DNA of 46,065 nt from Candidatus Bathyarchaeia archaeon. Lineage in GTDB: Archaea; Thermoproteota; Bathyarchaeia; TCS64. The stretch is from assembly GCA_050014495.1 (NCBI GenBank), contig JBEKDF010000023.1:1-46065 (forward strand). The letters run 5' to 3'. Of this stretch, positions 46,065-46,065 are shown piece by piece; positions within the stretch are counted from its first letter, which is position 1; every line of letters starts with the position of its first letter. The notes beneath the pieces are model-generated. The model worked only from the letters and a program-made list of their open reading frames with translations. It was not told the DNA's origin and did not search any database. The translations under genes were made by a program, and so were the position numbers.

Positions 46065-46065
46065 T

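Noticed and set aside
1..46065. CRISPR array, cas genes, transposases, defence systems
   Set aside because: No regularly spaced repeat-spacer array, transposase or recognisable defence gene was seen by eye.
40792..46065. Archaellum (flagellum) operon
   Set aside because: Two separate platform genes, pilin-type subunits and no ArlH/F/G in the window favour a pilus.

Overview
Archaeal genomic DNA. A TACK-lineage origin, possibly Bathyarchaeia, is inferred (not database-checked) from a crenarchaeal-type single-OB SSB, map next to DUF1512, a stand-alone 5S rRNA, intron-containing tRNAs and TATA boxes about 25 nt before starts. Bases 1-31.4 kb are mostly housekeeping and peptide/amino-acid scavenging genes: class V aminotransferase, SSB, cyclophilin, arginase-like, FAD oxidoreductase, three MBL hydrolases, MFS, DUF1177, USP, map, DUF1512, two ABC systems, coaBC, DmpA-like and M42 peptidases, DUF362, DEAD-box helicase, NfeD-stomatin and a divergent alanine racemase. 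This part also holds 5S rRNA, tRNA-Trp with a box C/D-like intron, and tRNA-Met with a non-canonical 43/44 intron. A probable integrase remnant reads out of the tRNA-Met 3' end. After it lies a visibly more AT-rich cell-surface region: a secreted S53 protease with tandem beta-rich repeats, an unannotated 53-aa zinc finger, and an exopolysaccharide cluster. That cluster has an intact and a degenerate NodB-type deacetylase, a truncated WecC-like nucleotide-sugar dehydrogenase, and a hyaluronan-synthase-like GT2 with a duplicated DDRxLT motif, with a palindromic operator-like array upstream of the three-gene operon. The region ends with a tail-anchored coiled-coil protein and a type IV/Tad-like pilus operon followed by TackOD1-like and V4R genes. 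The EPS cluster and its pairing with the pilus and protease (a candidate adhesion/biofilm module) are the best candidates for an undescribed system.
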